A stretch of DNA of 50,740 bases from a virus (IMGVR_UViG_3300036045_000015:1-50740), one strand, 5' to 3'. Shown: positions 17,620-28,565, numbered from the stretch's first letter. Notes: a model not told the origin generated them from the letters alone. Numbers and translations are program-made.

Positions 17620-20600
17620 ATGGCAGAACGGGTCGCATATTTAGAGGCAGTTGTAGGCGCTGACATTACATCATTTCGGCGGGGAATGCGCGATGTTCGT
17701 AACGATTTAGGCATTCTTTCCGAAACTATTAAAGGTATCGGCGGTCTGGGGCGTACTCTGACTTTTGCCGTTTCTGCCCCATTGTTGGCGTTAGGTTCAT
17801 TTGCAGTAAATCAGGCGGCAGAATTTGACGCCGCTATGAGAAACATTAATAGTATCGCGCTACTCACTGAGGAACAATTTGCCAGCCTATCTCAGCGCGT
17901 TTTAGACTTTGGCAAAAATACCCGTGAAGGGGCTATTGGCGCAGCAGAGGCGCTTTATACTGTTTACAGCGCGGGCTTGTCGGGTGAGGACGCTTTTCAG
18001 TTAATGGAAGTATCAACCAAAACCGCTGAGGCGGGGTTAGCGGATATGACCGTGACAACTGAAGCATTGGCTACCGTATTGTTAAGCTATGGCGATACTA
18101 GCGAGGAAGCCGCATGGCGAGCATCCAACGCACTAACGACAATGGTGCAGTTGGGTGTGGGTTCAATGGAAAATTTTGCGGGGTCAATTTCAACGTTCTT
18201 ACCCGCCGCAAAATCTTTGGGCGTAGCTTTTGAAGAAACCTTCGCAGCACAGGCATTTTTAACTCAGCGCGGTTTTAGCGCAGCAGAGGCAGCAGTTCGT
18301 GTCAATGCAGTAATGCGCGACATGATCCAGCCAACTCAAGCAATGAAGGCAGCTTTTCAAGAGTTGGGTGTAGACGGGGCTGAAGCGCTTATTACCAAGT
18401 TTGGGGGCTTAACAGAAGCGGTAATAGCGCTGGCGGGTACAACTGACGGCTCACAAGCAGCGATGGCGGAATTGTTTGATGAAACTAGGTCGCGTCAATT
18501 TGTTACCAGCGTAGTAAACGATATTGATGCGTGGCGCGAGAGTTATGCGCTGTTCATGAGTTCTATGGACGGCTCAACAATGAAAGCATGGGAGGAACAG
18601 ACAAAATCATTTTCGTATCAGTTTGACCTTGCAAAAGCGGCGCTTAGTGCGGCGGCGATTACTATTGGTAGCGAACTGCTTCCAGTCTTAACGCCTGCAA
18701 TTCAAGGGTTTACAGAAGGGTTTATCATCCTAACGGAGCTTAACCCGCAGCTGATCGAATTAGGCATCGGTGTTGCGGCGGTAGCAATCGCCTTACCCCC
18801 ACTTGTTTGGTTGCTTAGCAGTTTGGTCAGCCCTATTGGGATAGTCACAACTGGGGTTATTGCATTAAGTCGAGTGTTTGCCACAAACTTTCAAGGCATT
18901 CTTGACGTAATTAACGAAGTCGCTCCCGGCGTTGCCTTGAATATCTTTAGGCTAAAAACTGCCGTTGAACAATTTTTTGGGGTGCTGCTGGGTACTGGGG
19001 ATCAAGCTGCGGACGCAGTTAGCGAAGCGGGGTTAGCCAGCACTGCTATTATTGATGCGTTTAAGGGCGCTGGTTCTCTATTTACGGTTAGTGAGGGAGA
19101 CAGCCTGTGGCAAATTTGGTACGATCATTATCGGGGGCAATACGCCACATTTGCTGAGTTTGTTGAACGTAACGGTTTTGACGCGAATGAGATTATCGTT
19201 CCCGGTCAAGTTTTGCGAATTGGAGCATCTGCGCCAATTGACCCAGCAACGCTAGGGGCATGGGTACTCGAACAGCAAGCAGCGATTGTTTCAGCAGTAG
19301 AAAACGCGCAAGCGGAAATCGAAGTTGAAAAGTTTTTCCGCTTAACGGGCGCTGACGAAGCTGCAAAAAACATGGATAATTTTGCTGCGAGTTTGCCTCC
19401 GAACCCGAACACGCTTGCTGGACGTTTTCAAATTGCCGTTGAAGAAGTCTTACCGCGTATTCTTACACATTTTAGAAGTTTAGTCAGCAGTGTTGGGCGC
19501 TGGATTATCAACACGGGGCTGCCAATGATGTGGGGGTATACGCGCCAGTTAGTCGGGGGGCTAATGACGTGGGCAGCAAGTGAAGGTATCCCCGCTGTTT
19601 TAGATTTCATTGGTAGATTGTTTCAGGGCGCGGCGGGGCAGCTTGATGACGGCGTAGTTAGCAGCCACATGAACAAATTTACTCGTGCTTTTAGACGGTT
19701 TTTCTCAGGCGACATCATTGGCGCGATTGGAACTTTTGCGCCTGAACTCGCGGGGTCAATGGGGACGCTGTTTGCCAACGCCGATCTTACTGAAGCTGTG
19801 ACGAACTTTAGTAACCGTGCCGGAGAATTTGTTTCGGCTTTTGGGGCTTGGCTTGAAGACGAAGGCTTGGATACTATTGCGTATAGCATTGGTTATCTTG
19901 GGGGGCGCATCGGTGCTTTGGTCGGGCAACTGATTGGTAGCATTTGGGGCTTCTTTACGGAGGGAAGCAGCGGCGAAACTGGTGCGCAAAACCTGACAAC
20001 TAACTTGGGAGAGGCGCTTCAGTCTGGTATGCAGGGAGCATCGGATGCGATGTTTGATGCGGGCGTAACGAACCCCGTAGATCGTTTTTTCACTGGGCTA
20101 GTTGGGATGCTAATTGCCCCCGCTGTTATTGGGGGGTTTATGCAAGGCTTAATAACGCGCGGTTTCGGTGCTGCCGTTATGGGCGCAATAAGCGGCGCTA
20201 TTAACGCGGCAATGTGGGCGGGCGGTAGGCTTATGGCGTTAGGACGAGTGTTAATGGGCGGTATTGGTTCTGCGATGGCAATGGTGTCAGGGGGGGCGGT
20301 TGGAGCGGCTGGGCTAATTCCAGCTGCGGGGACGTTTATATCCGGGCTAATTACGGCGATTGGCAACGTGCCCGTGCGATTACAGTTGCTTGCAATAAGT
20401 CTTCGAGGCTTTATTGGCTCAATTGCTGCGGCGTTAGGCTTGGGCACAATTTCCTTTAGCGGTATTGCTACGGCGATTATGGCGGGCGTTAGCAGTGCAA
20501 TGGGGTTAATTTCAGCGGGGGCGACGGCGGTAGTCGGGGCGGCGACTAGTCTAATGGGGGCTATCGGGGCGGCGATTACGGCACTTCCGGTTTTTCCGTT

Positions 20601-21858
20601 AGTATTGGGCACACTATTGATTGCGGGTGCGGCGGCAATCATTTTGTCTGATGAATTTCGCGATAACATTGCCGTTCCCATAACAAACGCAGTTAACGAT
20701 ATTATGGGGACTGAATTTGCCACAATTGACGCCAACTTCTTTGCAGAACAAATGCAAAAAGGCTTTTTAGATTTAACGCAAAACCCAGCGTTTAGAGGTT
20801 TTGGTGCAGAATTTCAAGCTGAGTTTGGAATTGCCCCAACACTTCGAGTTACACAAGAGCAATATGACACGCTGCTTACAGAATGGCAAGCCGCTTTTGG
20901 AGACCAGCCGTTTCCCTTAGACGTTCAAGTTGTGCCCACAATCGAGGAAACAGGCGTTTTTGCGGGTGTACAAAAAGTCATGGAAGCAGGGTTTAGCTTC
21001 TTTGCGCCAGTTACACTTAGTGCTGAAAATCCGTTAGCAGGCAATCCATTAGACGGCGCGACGTTTGCGCCCGATGTTGAAGCAACGCAAATGGCGACTA
21101 TTCAGACGGCGGACGCAGTAGCACAAGCGCCAGAAGTTCAAGCAGCATTTGAGACGGCGGGGCAAACACTCGGTGAGGGTATCATGGCGGGGCTAGATCA
21201 AGCCATGCAAACCGCAATTGCCAATGGGGAAACTTTTAGCGCCGAAACTTGGGCGACTGATTTGTTATTACCAATTGAAACACAATTCAACCGAATGTTT
21301 GGAATTCCTGATGGTGTCGTACCCGTTATCATGGGAGCCTTCGTTGCTGATTTGTCTGCACATGTACAGACTATCATTGATGAAATGCTGAGACTTTCAG
21401 GAGATACGTTAACAGAATTTACCGCGTATCGTGAGGGCATTCTAAACGAAATCAATCCGATAATTCAGGGCTTTAACGACCTAACGTTCGCAATTCGTGA
21501 GACGGGGGCAGCGATGATTGCTTTACCGCAAGGTACAGTTAACTTTAATGCTGGCACAACCGCCCCCGCCGCTGACGATGATGGGGGCGGCGCTGATTTC
21601 GGTTTTAGCGGTATCTACCGAGTGCCGAGAGATAACTATCCGGCTGTTCTCCATGATGACGAAATGGTGTTATCGCGGCAAGAGGCAAATGCCTATAGAG
21701 AGCAGCAATCCGAACCGACAATCAGCGGTGATACGTTAGCGTATGGGGGGAGCGGAATGGGCGGCGGTTCAACTGTTAATAACATCAACGTTTACGGAAT
21801 GCAAAACGTAGACGCATTTTTGGCAGAACTGAAGCGTAGAGGGATTAACCTACAATGA
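17620..21858 (+). CDS. Tail tape measure protein (TP901-like N-terminus) with an internal LysM domain
   Basis: AAEFDAAMRNI and A.ALY...SAG patterns; Ala/Gly-rich; FTVSEGDSLWQIW...IVPGQVLRI LysM at about 19081-19224. Confidence 0.93.
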   Translation: MAERVAYLEAVVGADITSFRRGMRDVRNDLGILSETIKGIGGLGRTLTFAVSAPLLALGSFAVNQAAEFDAAMRNINSIALLTEEQFASLSQRVLDFGKNTREGAIGAAEALYTVYSAGLSGEDAFQLMEVSTKTAEAGLADMTVTTEALATVLLSYGDTSEEAAWRASNALTTMVQLGVGSMENFAGSISTFLPAAKSLGVAFEETFAAQAFLTQRGFSAAEAAVRVNAVMRDMIQPTQAMKAAFQELGVDGAEALITKFGGLTEAVIALAGTTDGSQAAMAELFDETRSRQFVTSVVNDIDAWRESYALFMSSMDGSTMKAWEEQTKSFSYQFDLAKAALSAAAITIGSELLPVLTPAIQGFTEGFIILTELNPQLIELGIGVAAVAIALPPLVWLLSSLVSPIGIVTTGVIALSRVFATNFQGILDVINEVAPGVALNIFRLKTAVEQFFGVLLGTGDQAADAVSEAGLASTAIIDAFKGAGSLFTVSEGDSLWQIWYDHYRGQYATFAEFVERNGFDANEIIVPGQVLRIGASAPIDPATLGAWVLEQQAAIVSAVENAQAEIEVEKFFRLTGADEAAKNMDNFAASLPPNPNTLAGRFQIAVEEVLPRILTHFRSLVSSVGRWIINTGLPMMWGYTRQLVGGLMTWAASEGIPAVLDFIGRLFQGAAGQLDDGVVSSHMNKFTRAFRRFFSGDIIGAIGTFAPELAGSMGTLFANADLTEAVTNFSNRAGEFVSAFGAWLEDEGLDTIAYSIGYLGGRIGALVGQLIGSIWGFFTEGSSGETGAQNLTTNLGEALQSGMQGASDAMFDAGVTNPVDRFFTGLVGMLIAPAVIGGFMQGLITRGFGAAVMGAISGAINAAMWAGGRLMALGRVLMGGIGSAMAMVSGGAVGAAGLIPAAGTFISGLITAIGNVPVRLQLLAISLRGFIGSIAAALGLGTISFSGIATAIMAGVSSAMGLISAGATAVVGAATSLMGAIGAAITALPVFPLVLGTLLIAGAAAIILSDEFRDNIAVPITNAVNDIMGTEFATIDANFFAEQMQKGFLDLTQNPAFRGFGAEFQAEFGIAPTLRVTQEQYDTLLTEWQAAFGDQPFPLDVQVVPTIEETGVFAGVQKVMEAGFSFFAPVTLSAENPLAGNPLDGATFAPDVEATQMATIQTADAVAQAPEVQAAFETAGQTLGEGIMAGLDQAMQTAIANGETFSAETWATDLLLPIETQFNRMFGIPDGVVPVIMGAFVADLSAHVQTIIDEMLRLSGDTLTEFTAYREGILNEINPIIQGFNDLTFAIRETGAAMIALPQGTVNFNAGTTAPAADDDGGGADFGFSGIYRVPRDNYPAVLHDDEMVLSRQEANAYREQQSEPTISGDTLAYGGSGMGGGSTVNNINVYGMQNVDAFLAELKRRGINLQ

Positions 21859-24800
21859 GCATTATTCAATCGAGAGTGTTGGTTGACTGGGATGGGGACG
21901 GGTATGTTAATGCTGGCGTCTCGTTAGACGCGCCAGCAAACATTTTTCCATCCAGTCCTTATTTCGTACAAGCGCATGTTCGAGGCATTCAAAATATCAG
22001 CGGCGATACATTAGTTGAAAATGTATTGAGTGAAAATGAATATGGGTTATGCCAATTTGTTGTGCCAATGGGCTGGACGGGTTCAGAAAACTACGCTACT
22101 CAAGTTGAATTTGGGCTAAATTATGTTCGCAACACAGCGGGGGATACGCCCTATGATAAACGGGCGTACCCCATTCAAGTTGTGGAGGGGCAAAAGTATG
22201 CGCTTCGATTGTACGCAAAGTCAATCGGAAACATTATGCGATTAACGCTGAATGTGTATTTGCGCGAGAATTTTACCAATGTTTCAACTCTTGTGGGCAC
22301 GGCACAAAAAATCGTTAATACGGACGGCTATTTGCCTATCGGGGTTGCTTTTGAAACAGCGGCGAACGGGGGGTTGTACGGGGTAATTACCGCCGAGATT
22401 GAAGATGGATTAGGGGGATACACGCCTATCGGCTTGAACAAACTAGGCACGGTTGAAGTTACGGGTTTTGATTTACGCGATAATGGCGCAGCGGACGGGG
22501 GCAGTAACCCATTTCATCTTTGGCAGGCGGGGGGTGTATCAAACGCATATGACGATATAACGTCCTATGTTTTAAGCGCAGCGGGTAAATCTGGTCGGCA
22601 AGATTTTGCGGCTACAGTTCCTTATGAAGGAACTCTCAGCCTAAATGTTAACAACACAACCCGTATTTTTTCGCCAGCAAATCAAAGTTCGCCCTTGAAT
22701 GGCTTGATGCTTGAAGGGCGTAGAGTGGTTGTTCAGGCGCGGGATGGCGCAGATGCCAATTGGGTCACGTTTTGGTCGGGCTGGACAAAATCGTATGATG
22801 TGATTGCGGGGTTAACAAGCAACCAACAAATGAGCATCGAAGCCGTTCAAGGCTTAGAACGGCTGAGAGTTGGCGGCTTTGGGGGCGCGGGCGGCGGTAT
22901 CGTTGATACGACAATAGACCAAGTTGTCAGAACACTAGTAACATTTAGTGGCTATCGCCCAGCCGGATCACCGTATATTTTGCAGTTTAATAAAACACGT
23001 TTTGATAATAATGCTATCATCACAGGCGACGAAGGTATTTTTGCTGAGATAGAGCAGGGGCTAGAACCGCTGAGTGAAGTAGGGCTAAACTGGTCGCCCG
23101 AAACTCCGCTGTTAACTGCCCTCGAAGAAGTGCTATCACATGAAAATGCACAAATGTGGATTGATCGTCAAGGCAAAATTCATGTCGTTAATCGAGAGCA
23201 TTATGTACCACTAAATCGGCGGCGCGATACCGAGAATGGTTTGTATGCTGCTGAGGTGGGGGAGTTGCTGAACCTTATACCTGAGCCGCTTGATCTACAA
23301 ACTATGATACGAAACTTTGAAACAAGTGTAGGCACAATGTTTGCCACAACAAACCTCTATGCTGATTATGGGCTGCAATATGTACGGTTAACTTGTAATT
23401 CACCAGCGGCGTACCCATATGTTTTCAAATTTGGTGAATGGTATAACAGCAACAATATTTTTGTTCAACGTGTTTTTGAGATTGAACCAAATACCCAATA
23501 CACATTTAGTCTTTATGCAAAATCACAACAATATCTATTAGGCGCAACGCTGCGTTTTCAGTCATGGAACGGTACAAGCTATACCCAAGTCGGCACTCAG
23601 TCTTTTACATTTAGCAGCATGACACCCGATAGTAACGGCTATTACCAATTGTATGTCACGGGGACGACAACCGCCGATGCTACTCATGCGCGGCTAGATT
23701 TTGTTATTGCATCCAGCGATAAATCCGCCGACTTTCCAATTGCCCGCGTTACGGGGCTAATGATGACAGCGGGTGCCGCCGTACCAAGTAAATTTAACGA
23801 TGGTACTCAAGTTCCAAATGAATTAAACCTCGACCTTGCTGTATTTACAGGAGCGCGGTATCGTTATGGAGCAAACGTCATTAATAAAATTGACATCAAG
23901 GGGGCAGCAGAGGAACGAGAAACAAATGTAGTTGTCTGGGAAAGTCCAAATTACATTGAAATTTCTCAGGCGCGGGGACGAGTTCGTAATGAACCGCCTT
24001 CGTGGGTTACTATTCCTCTCGAATTTCGTTTTGAAGGCGGCGACGTAAAACGAGTAGTAAATTTAGAGAATTATATTGACCAAATCGAATTAGAAGGCTT
24101 CAAGTCGGCGTACCAGCAGCTTAACCGCCGTAACTACGCTGATCCCGTTGATGCTGATTATCTAAAGCGCTATGTAAAAGTCCAGCTATTGCGCACATCT
24201 ACAGGCTATAATTTGTATCTACGAAATAGCGGGCAATCGCCTTTATTTGTAAAAGCTAAACTGCGTGGTGACGTTGTTAAAGGCGGAGAACAGCCTATCT
24301 ACAGTTATAGCTACAACGAAGGCATCGAAGAAACTGGTACTGTATATCGTGAAACAATCACTTTACCAAATATTCAAACTAGCGAGGAAGCAGAGACATA
24401 TGCACAGTACATTTTTAATCGGCAAGGTAAACCACGTGGAGAGTTCTACACATTAACAGTTGTAACTGATGCGGGCGGATTTAGCGAAATTGTAAACCGC
24501 ACAATTGGCGATGTGCTGACAATTAGCGAAAGTCAAAGTGGCGAGGTAAAAAGTCCGCATATTATTGTCGGCGAGGAATTTGAACTGTTCGCGGGTCGCT
24601 TTCAGTTTACATATATGTTATCGGCGCTGGATAACACGCAATACGCCACTATTGGAGACGCCTTAACTGCTGCTGACCCGTCATTTGCTGAGTTCGGTTA
24701 CGATAACTTACCGCTGTACCCAACTGCGGGGGCGAATGCCGCAATCATCGGGCGGCAAAATTTGCTAAATAATAGCGCCCCCGTTTATGAAATTGATCTT

Positions 24801-25844
24801 GGGGGTTCAGAAATTGCAACTGTCATGGTCGGCGGCATTTACGCGGCGGGGCAGCCGATACTAATCGGCACCCCAACTGTAGCTGGGGCTGCGTCAACGA
24901 CACTTCTGCCTTCGTTAGAATATGCAGAATGGCGAAACGATGGGGTTAACTTTAACCATACGCCCCAAAACCGCGTTGCTGTTAGGCTGTTAGGCGCATA
25001 TGGCGGCGGTAATTATGTTGAGTTACCCCTAACTATAAAAAATGCTCCTAATGACGGTTCGCTGTTAAGCAGTATTCTTACCATTTCATTTGACCTTATT
25101 TTAGGGGGCGAAAACACTGAAGACATCGAAGTAGTGGTACTCGATAGTACAAAAACTGTTACAATCTTTAGCGCGGTTGTGCCAAACAGTATGGCAATTA
25201 CGAAAAATATACGAATTGTAATACCGGGAAGTTTTTTGTCGGGTATTAGCCCCATGTACTTACGTTTAAGCGCGGGCAATACAGGCGGTGCAGCAGATGT
25301 TTTGATAACAAATGTGTGGGGGCACGGCAACACTAGTAGCGTACTGATGACTGCGCCGAGCGCTACTTATGCGCATAATACGTATACCAAAACAACAGGA
25401 CTAGACATTTACTACCCCACCAATGATGGCACCGCTTTGTTTTCAAATTCGGAGGTATCAGACGCAACAGAATGTTCAGCAGTTTTTTATGTTGATTTTG
25501 ATGTAGACGATTTGCCTGATGAGGTTTATTATCGAGTAGCGCGTAGCACAACTTGGAAAAGGTTAATTGATAATATTGATGCTAACGGCAAGCTCATTGT
25601 ACCTTTAGAGAATACTTCTGTCAGCGGTACTTGGTTTGGGGGCGGTATTGAGTTTATGCGTAAGCCGCCAACAGCGGATATTCTCGGCAGCACAGCTAGT
25701 CCGCGTTCAAAACACGCACGAGCAAATAATGAAAAACAAAAGTTTTACCTTATGCACTTTGGGGTATATTTGAACGAGATTGCCGCATTGAATTACAATC
25801 AGATTGTTAACAAGTCGAACCGTCGTCCGTTGTTATATATTTAG
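21855..25844 (+). CDS. Large minor tail / tail-tip protein with carbohydrate-binding-like modules
   Basis: Follows the tape measure; VDWDGDG N-terminus; two EGQKYALRLYAK / EPNTQYTFSLYAK CBM-like segments. Confidence 0.75.
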   Translation: MSIIQSRVLVDWDGDGYVNAGVSLDAPANIFPSSPYFVQAHVRGIQNISGDTLVENVLSENEYGLCQFVVPMGWTGSENYATQVEFGLNYVRNTAGDTPYDKRAYPIQVVEGQKYALRLYAKSIGNIMRLTLNVYLRENFTNVSTLVGTAQKIVNTDGYLPIGVAFETAANGGLYGVITAEIEDGLGGYTPIGLNKLGTVEVTGFDLRDNGAADGGSNPFHLWQAGGVSNAYDDITSYVLSAAGKSGRQDFAATVPYEGTLSLNVNNTTRIFSPANQSSPLNGLMLEGRRVVVQARDGADANWVTFWSGWTKSYDVIAGLTSNQQMSIEAVQGLERLRVGGFGGAGGGIVDTTIDQVVRTLVTFSGYRPAGSPYILQFNKTRFDNNAIITGDEGIFAEIEQGLEPLSEVGLNWSPETPLLTALEEVLSHENAQMWIDRQGKIHVVNREHYVPLNRRRDTENGLYAAEVGELLNLIPEPLDLQTMIRNFETSVGTMFATTNLYADYGLQYVRLTCNSPAAYPYVFKFGEWYNSNNIFVQRVFEIEPNTQYTFSLYAKSQQYLLGATLRFQSWNGTSYTQVGTQSFTFSSMTPDSNGYYQLYVTGTTTADATHARLDFVIASSDKSADFPIARVTGLMMTAGAAVPSKFNDGTQVPNELNLDLAVFTGARYRYGANVINKIDIKGAAEERETNVVVWESPNYIEISQARGRVRNEPPSWVTIPLEFRFEGGDVKRVVNLENYIDQIELEGFKSAYQQLNRRNYADPVDADYLKRYVKVQLLRTSTGYNLYLRNSGQSPLFVKAKLRGDVVKGGEQPIYSYSYNEGIEETGTVYRETITLPNIQTSEEAETYAQYIFNRQGKPRGEFYTLTVVTDAGGFSEIVNRTIGDVLTISESQSGEVKSPHIIVGEEFELFAGRFQFTYMLSALDNTQYATIGDALTAADPSFAEFGYDNLPLYPTAGANAAIIGRQNLLNNSAPVYEIDLGGSEIATVMVGGIYAAGQPILIGTPTVAGAASTTLLPSLEYAEWRNDGVNFNHTPQNRVAVRLLGAYGGGNYVELPLTIKNAPNDGSLLSSILTISFDLILGGENTEDIEVVVLDSTKTVTIFSAVVPNSMAITKNIRIVIPGSFLSGISPMYLRLSAGNTGGAADVLITNVWGHGNTSSVLMTAPSATYAHNTYTKTTGLDIYYPTNDGTALFSNSEVSDATECSAVFYVDFDVDDLPDEVYYRVARSTTWKRLIDNIDANGKLIVPLENTSVSGTWFGGGIEFMRKPPTADILGSTASPRSKHARANNEKQKFYLMHFGVYLNEIAALNYNQIVNKSNRRPLLYI

Positions 25845-25854
25845 GAGATAGCTT

Positions 25855-26370
25855 ATGAGTTGGTTTACGCCGACACTATTAACCCCTCGATCTGCATTAT
25901 CGGCGCGGCGCTACAATAAAGAAATCGTGGGCAATTTAGAATACTTAAAATCACACAACTTACGATATGTCGAGCAACGAAATGTGTCAAACATTGCGGT
26001 TAACTCTGCCACTTGGGTCAACGGCGGTTTGGGCTTTTTAATTTCTAATTTTCCAAGTAATGGCGGGTTGCTGGAAGTGGGCTTAAAAACAGAAATTGAA
26101 AGTGCTGATTTTTGGGCAGCTTTTGATGTCAGAGTTAACGGCGCAAATTATTTTTCGTCAGGCACGACAACGCCGCTGACAAATGGCATTTTCCGTACCG
26201 AACCGACAAGCGCCCGCGTATTGGGAGTGTATTTTACTTATGTAGACACTTTAGGTATTGCACTTAACGCGGGGAGCGTATTTTCTCTTGAGCTAATGGT
26301 TAAAACGCAAGGCAGCGTAACATTCAATCTACTTGGTAACATTAGCCAGTTTTGGGCAAAGGAATACTAA
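25855..26370 (+). CDS. Tail fibre / receptor-binding-like protein A
   Basis: MSWFTP...SA..YN..I..NL.YLK N-terminal anchor; paralog of the next gene. Confidence 0.6.
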   Translation: MSWFTPTLLTPRSALSARRYNKEIVGNLEYLKSHNLRYVEQRNVSNIAVNSATWVNGGLGFLISNFPSNGGLLEVGLKTEIESADFWAAFDVRVNGANYFSSGTTTPLTNGIFRTEPTSARVLGVYFTYVDTLGIALNAGSVFSLELMVKTQGSVTFNLLGNISQFWAKEY

Positions 26371-26372
26371 TC

Positions 26373-26900
26373 ATGGCGTGGAATTCCCCCGTTGAAGCGT
26401 TACCGGGCGGCGTTATTAGCGCCGATTTCTGGAACCAACAAATTCGAGACAATCTTGTCTATTTGAAATCGGGCAACATGACAATGATACAAGGTAAAAC
26501 GGGTGCAGCAGTCACATTCACAAGCGTGAGTTTCGCCGCTATTGACGACGATATTTTTTCGTTAGGAATTGAACTAGATGAGCCATCAGCGGTGCAGTTT
26601 ATGGCAACGTTGCCCGTGCAAGTGTCTACAGCAAACAATTTCGCATATTTTGATGTACTTGTGGACGGGGCTACGTACCTATCGTCGGGCACTTCAACGC
26701 CGGAGGTCGGTGGAATTAGCTACAACCGTATTGCTACAATTACATCAGTGCTAATAAATTGGGTTAGCAACATTCTACCCGCTGGGGTGCATACTTTTGC
26801 GTTACGTGGAAAGTTTTCTGGAACAGGAAACTTTTCATTAGCGACGGACGTTGCGCCCTTTCAAATGCGCCTAAAAGACGTAGGACAAGTATTGACATAA
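26373..26900 (+). CDS. Tail fibre / receptor-binding-like protein B
   Basis: MAWNSP...SADFWNQQIRDNLVYLKS; shares FDV.V.GA.Y.SSGT.TP with the previous gene. Confidence 0.6.
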   Translation: MAWNSPVEALPGGVISADFWNQQIRDNLVYLKSGNMTMIQGKTGAAVTFTSVSFAAIDDDIFSLGIELDEPSAVQFMATLPVQVSTANNFAYFDVLVDGATYLSSGTSTPEVGGISYNRIATITSVLINWVSNILPAGVHTFALRGKFSGTGNFSLATDVAPFQMRLKDVGQVLT

Positions 26901-26920
26901 AGCCATTTTAGGAGTACAAT
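26892..26920 (+). promoter_or_regulatory. Promoter TTGACA-17-TACAAT
   Basis: Near consensus. Confidence 0.75.
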
Positions 26921-26960
26921 ACGCGCTGATAGGCAAGTAAAAATTACTAAAAGGTGAGCT

Positions 26961-27461
26961 ATGGGTATTCAAACGCTTCTGACAACGTTAATCGAGTTTC
27001 TTATTGACGGTGCGGGCTACCTGCTATTGGTGCTGGCACTTGGGCTGGTTAGCTTAGTATTGACAGCAGTCGCGAAAAATGTGCTAGTTCAACGGTTTAT
27101 GCCGTTTTTCGAAGATATTCTTCAAACTGCTTTTGATGCAGCAATCAGCGTCGAAAATGGCAATATCAGCCAAGAGGACTATAATAAAGCTGTGCAGCGA
27201 GCAGAAAAGTCGGGGCGTAACTGGAAAATGGAATACGTATTGATGCGGGCAGAAGCTACGACCCGCGCATTGGGCGGCATGATTTACGGCGATGGGCGTA
27301 ATCCTATTCGAGCGCTGCTTGGGGTTGTTGTGCCCGGCATCAATATTGGGCGCATTGTGGACGCAGTTGAACGTTATCTAATTGACAGTGACTATTTTCC
27401 AGATCATCCGAAAATTTCCCCGCCAGATACGGAAGAAACTTCGACACTTACTTTAGTATAA
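26961..27461 (+). CDS. Holin-like membrane protein
   Basis: N-terminal hydrophobic helix followed by a soluble helical domain; position after the tail genes. Confidence 0.5.
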   Translation: MGIQTLLTTLIEFLIDGAGYLLLVLALGLVSLVLTAVAKNVLVQRFMPFFEDILQTAFDAAISVENGNISQEDYNKAVQRAEKSGRNWKMEYVLMRAEATTRALGGMIYGDGRNPIRALLGVVVPGINIGRIVDAVERYLIDSDYFPDHPKISPPDTEETSTLTLV

Positions 27462-27479
27462 CGAGTTAAAGGACAACCC

Positions 27480-28565
27480 ATGAGCGATTTTGAATTTTTG
27501 CGCCGTCATCTAACAACGGGTGAACGCGGCGAACGCTTGGCTGAATTTTTTAATGTTACCCCTAGCGCGGCTAGGGGTCAACTGAGCAGAGCATATAATT
27601 CGCCAATGAACCGTCGTGCGGGTTTTGAAATCTTACGAAACACAACCCCACTAACATCAACCACGCAGCGCTTAATTGACGAAACCGTTACGACGAATAA
27701 AACTGCCTTCGAGGAACGATTGCAAAAAGATGCACTTGAAGGCGGATATAAGCGATTGTTTTGGTTTGGCGATTTACACTGGGGTGGCAGCGGGGGAGCG
27801 CGGCTAGACACTCTGGAACTTGCATTTATGATCGCTGAAGATGCAAAAGCAGATTATTGGACGGCGCTTAATGATTTTTTTGATCACGCACAGTACAGTC
27901 GGCACGAAGACCGACGTACTTTGTCTGAAAAAATCTGGGATGCTGACCCCGCATTAGCTGGCAGAACCTTTGCATTTACCGTTGCGCAAATGAAAGCAGT
28001 CGCGCCTAACAGCCGCCCACTTGATCTTTGGGGCAACCATGACCGCTGGGCGCTGTTATCATATTACCAGCGGCAAGACGGCAGCAATGATTACGCGATA
28101 GCCTCGTTCTTTATCACACTACGCAACGCGGGCGTGGATGTGACCCACTTCGATCCTTATCGAGAAAACGTTATTAAACTATCGCCGGGCTTAAAAATTG
28201 TACACGGCATTAGCGCGTCAGGAAATGACCACAGTGTTGGAAAAGCCACGATTGAGGCGTTGGCAGGGAGCGCAGAAACAGGAGATAGCGGAATTTCGTA
28301 CAACACCGCATCGGGGCATGTTCACCGAGATTTCATCACCGACTACGCCGGAGTTCGTCATTATAATTTTGGAACATTGGGCACACTGCACCCGAATTAC
28401 TTAAAGCACAAGCCGAATAAGTGGCAGTGGGGCGTAGGCGTCATTGACTACGATCCGGCTGGGCGCACCGTACAGGGGGAGCCAATTCGATTTGTAGCGC
28501 AAGGAAAACGCCTAACCGCTACATGGCGTGGTAAACACTATGAAACAGCGTTGGACGATAACTAA
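27480..28565 (+). CDS. Calcineurin-like metallophosphoesterase with an N-terminal HTH-like segment
   Basis: GDLH, NDFFD, GNHD, VHG and GHVH motifs. Confidence 0.85.
   Translation: MSDFEFLRRHLTTGERGERLAEFFNVTPSAARGQLSRAYNSPMNRRAGFEILRNTTPLTSTTQRLIDETVTTNKTAFEERLQKDALEGGYKRLFWFGDLHWGGSGGARLDTLELAFMIAEDAKADYWTALNDFFDHAQYSRHEDRRTLSEKIWDADPALAGRTFAFTVAQMKAVAPNSRPLDLWGNHDRWALLSYYQRQDGSNDYAIASFFITLRNAGVDVTHFDPYRENVIKLSPGLKIVHGISASGNDHSVGKATIEALAGSAETGDSGISYNTASGHVHRDFITDYAGVRHYNFGTLGTLHPNYLKHKPNKWQWGVGVIDYDPAGRTVQGEPIRFVAQGKRLTATWRGKHYETALDDN

Noticed and set aside
20019-20735. 238-aa minus-strand ORF and other antisense ORFs
   Set aside because: Antisense shadows of Ala/Gly-rich + strand genes; I saw no supporting RBS or promoter
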